DNA from: a virus
Length of the DNA stretch: 13,578 nt
Strand: one strand, 5' to 3'
Virus record (IMG/VR): IMGVR_UViG_3300029915_000364
The notes under the pieces were generated by a model that did no database searches, was not told the origin of the DNA, and worked only from the letters and a program-made list of their open reading frames with translations. The stretch's first letter is position 1; each line of letters opens with the position of its first letter. Shown here in pieces: positions 13,460 through 13,578 of the stretch. The translations under genes were made by a program, and so were the position numbers.

Positions 13460-13578
13460 GTCAGCGCAGCTTCGGCTAGTCCTCTTGCCTCTTCGATCTC
13501 TCTCCAATCGCAGTTCGCGGATGAGATCGCGCAAGGTGGCCGCGCGCTCGAATTCGAATTTCTTGGCGGCCTCGCGCA
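13454..13578 (-). CDS. C-terminal fragment of a protein with a UvrB/UvrC-type UVR motif (partial; N-terminus beyond the right edge)
   Basis: The minus-strand frame reads ...REAAKKFEFERAATLRDLIRELRLERDRRGKRTSRSCADQ* with stop TAG at 13456..13454. EFERAA.LRD.I.EL matches the UVR helical-hairpin consensus as in UvrB (NLEFEEAAQIRDQLHQLRE). A second frame is also open here, so the call is tentative. Confidence 0.35.
   Translation of the reverse strand, partial: REAAKKFEFERAATLRDLIRELRLERDRRGKRTSRSCADQ

Overview
This window is a densely packed array of phage-like genes, all transcribed on the minus strand, with short intergenic gaps, AGGAG-type ribosome-binding sites, and several overlapping start/stop junctions. 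No rRNA, tRNA or CRISPR was found.

Genes in transcription order, from high to low coordinate:
- **UVR-motif C-terminus (13454..13578):** a partial ORF at the right edge.
- **rIIA-like ATPase (10971..13379):** an 802-aa GHKL/Bergerat-fold ATPase with T4 rIIA-like N-terminal motifs and a CxxCxGxG zinc-finger insertion.
- **rIIB-like protein (9746..10978):** translationally coupled to rIIA, with a long acidic C-terminal tail ending in Tyr, followed by a rho-independent terminator.
- **Zinc-ribbon protein (9319..9639):** 106 aa.
- **Ku homologue (8281..9267):** NHEJ-type Ku with an N-terminal extension and a Lys-rich C-terminal tail, followed by a terminator-like hairpin.
- **Small Cys-containing ORF (7910..8155):** 81 aa.
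- **ATP-grasp enzyme (7032..7856):** RimK-related amidoligase.
- **Acidic-tailed peptide (6920..7039):** 39 aa, overlapping both of its neighbours.
- **PTH2-like protein (6505..6933):** peptidyl-tRNA hydrolase 2 family, GTG start.
- **Major-vault-protein homologue (3915..6374):** 819 aa, followed by a terminator.
- **Small membrane protein (3621..3857):** 78 aa.
- **Cys/His-cluster protein (2811..3536):** 241 aa.
- **Macro/Rossmann-like protein (2213..2800):** 195 aa.
- **Small ORF (1960..2157):** 65 aa.
- **Tail-fibre gene (1..1907):** runs off the left edge and is missing from the ORF track.

A conserved element, CCGGTATACTGT..GGAG..AAACAC..ATG, sits upstream of three genes and looks like a phage-specific promoter plus leader. 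All functional assignments rest on motif recognition by eye and need a homology search to confirm.

The most unusual content is the vault-protein homologue in a phage context and the coupled ATP-grasp / acidic peptide / PTH2 trio.
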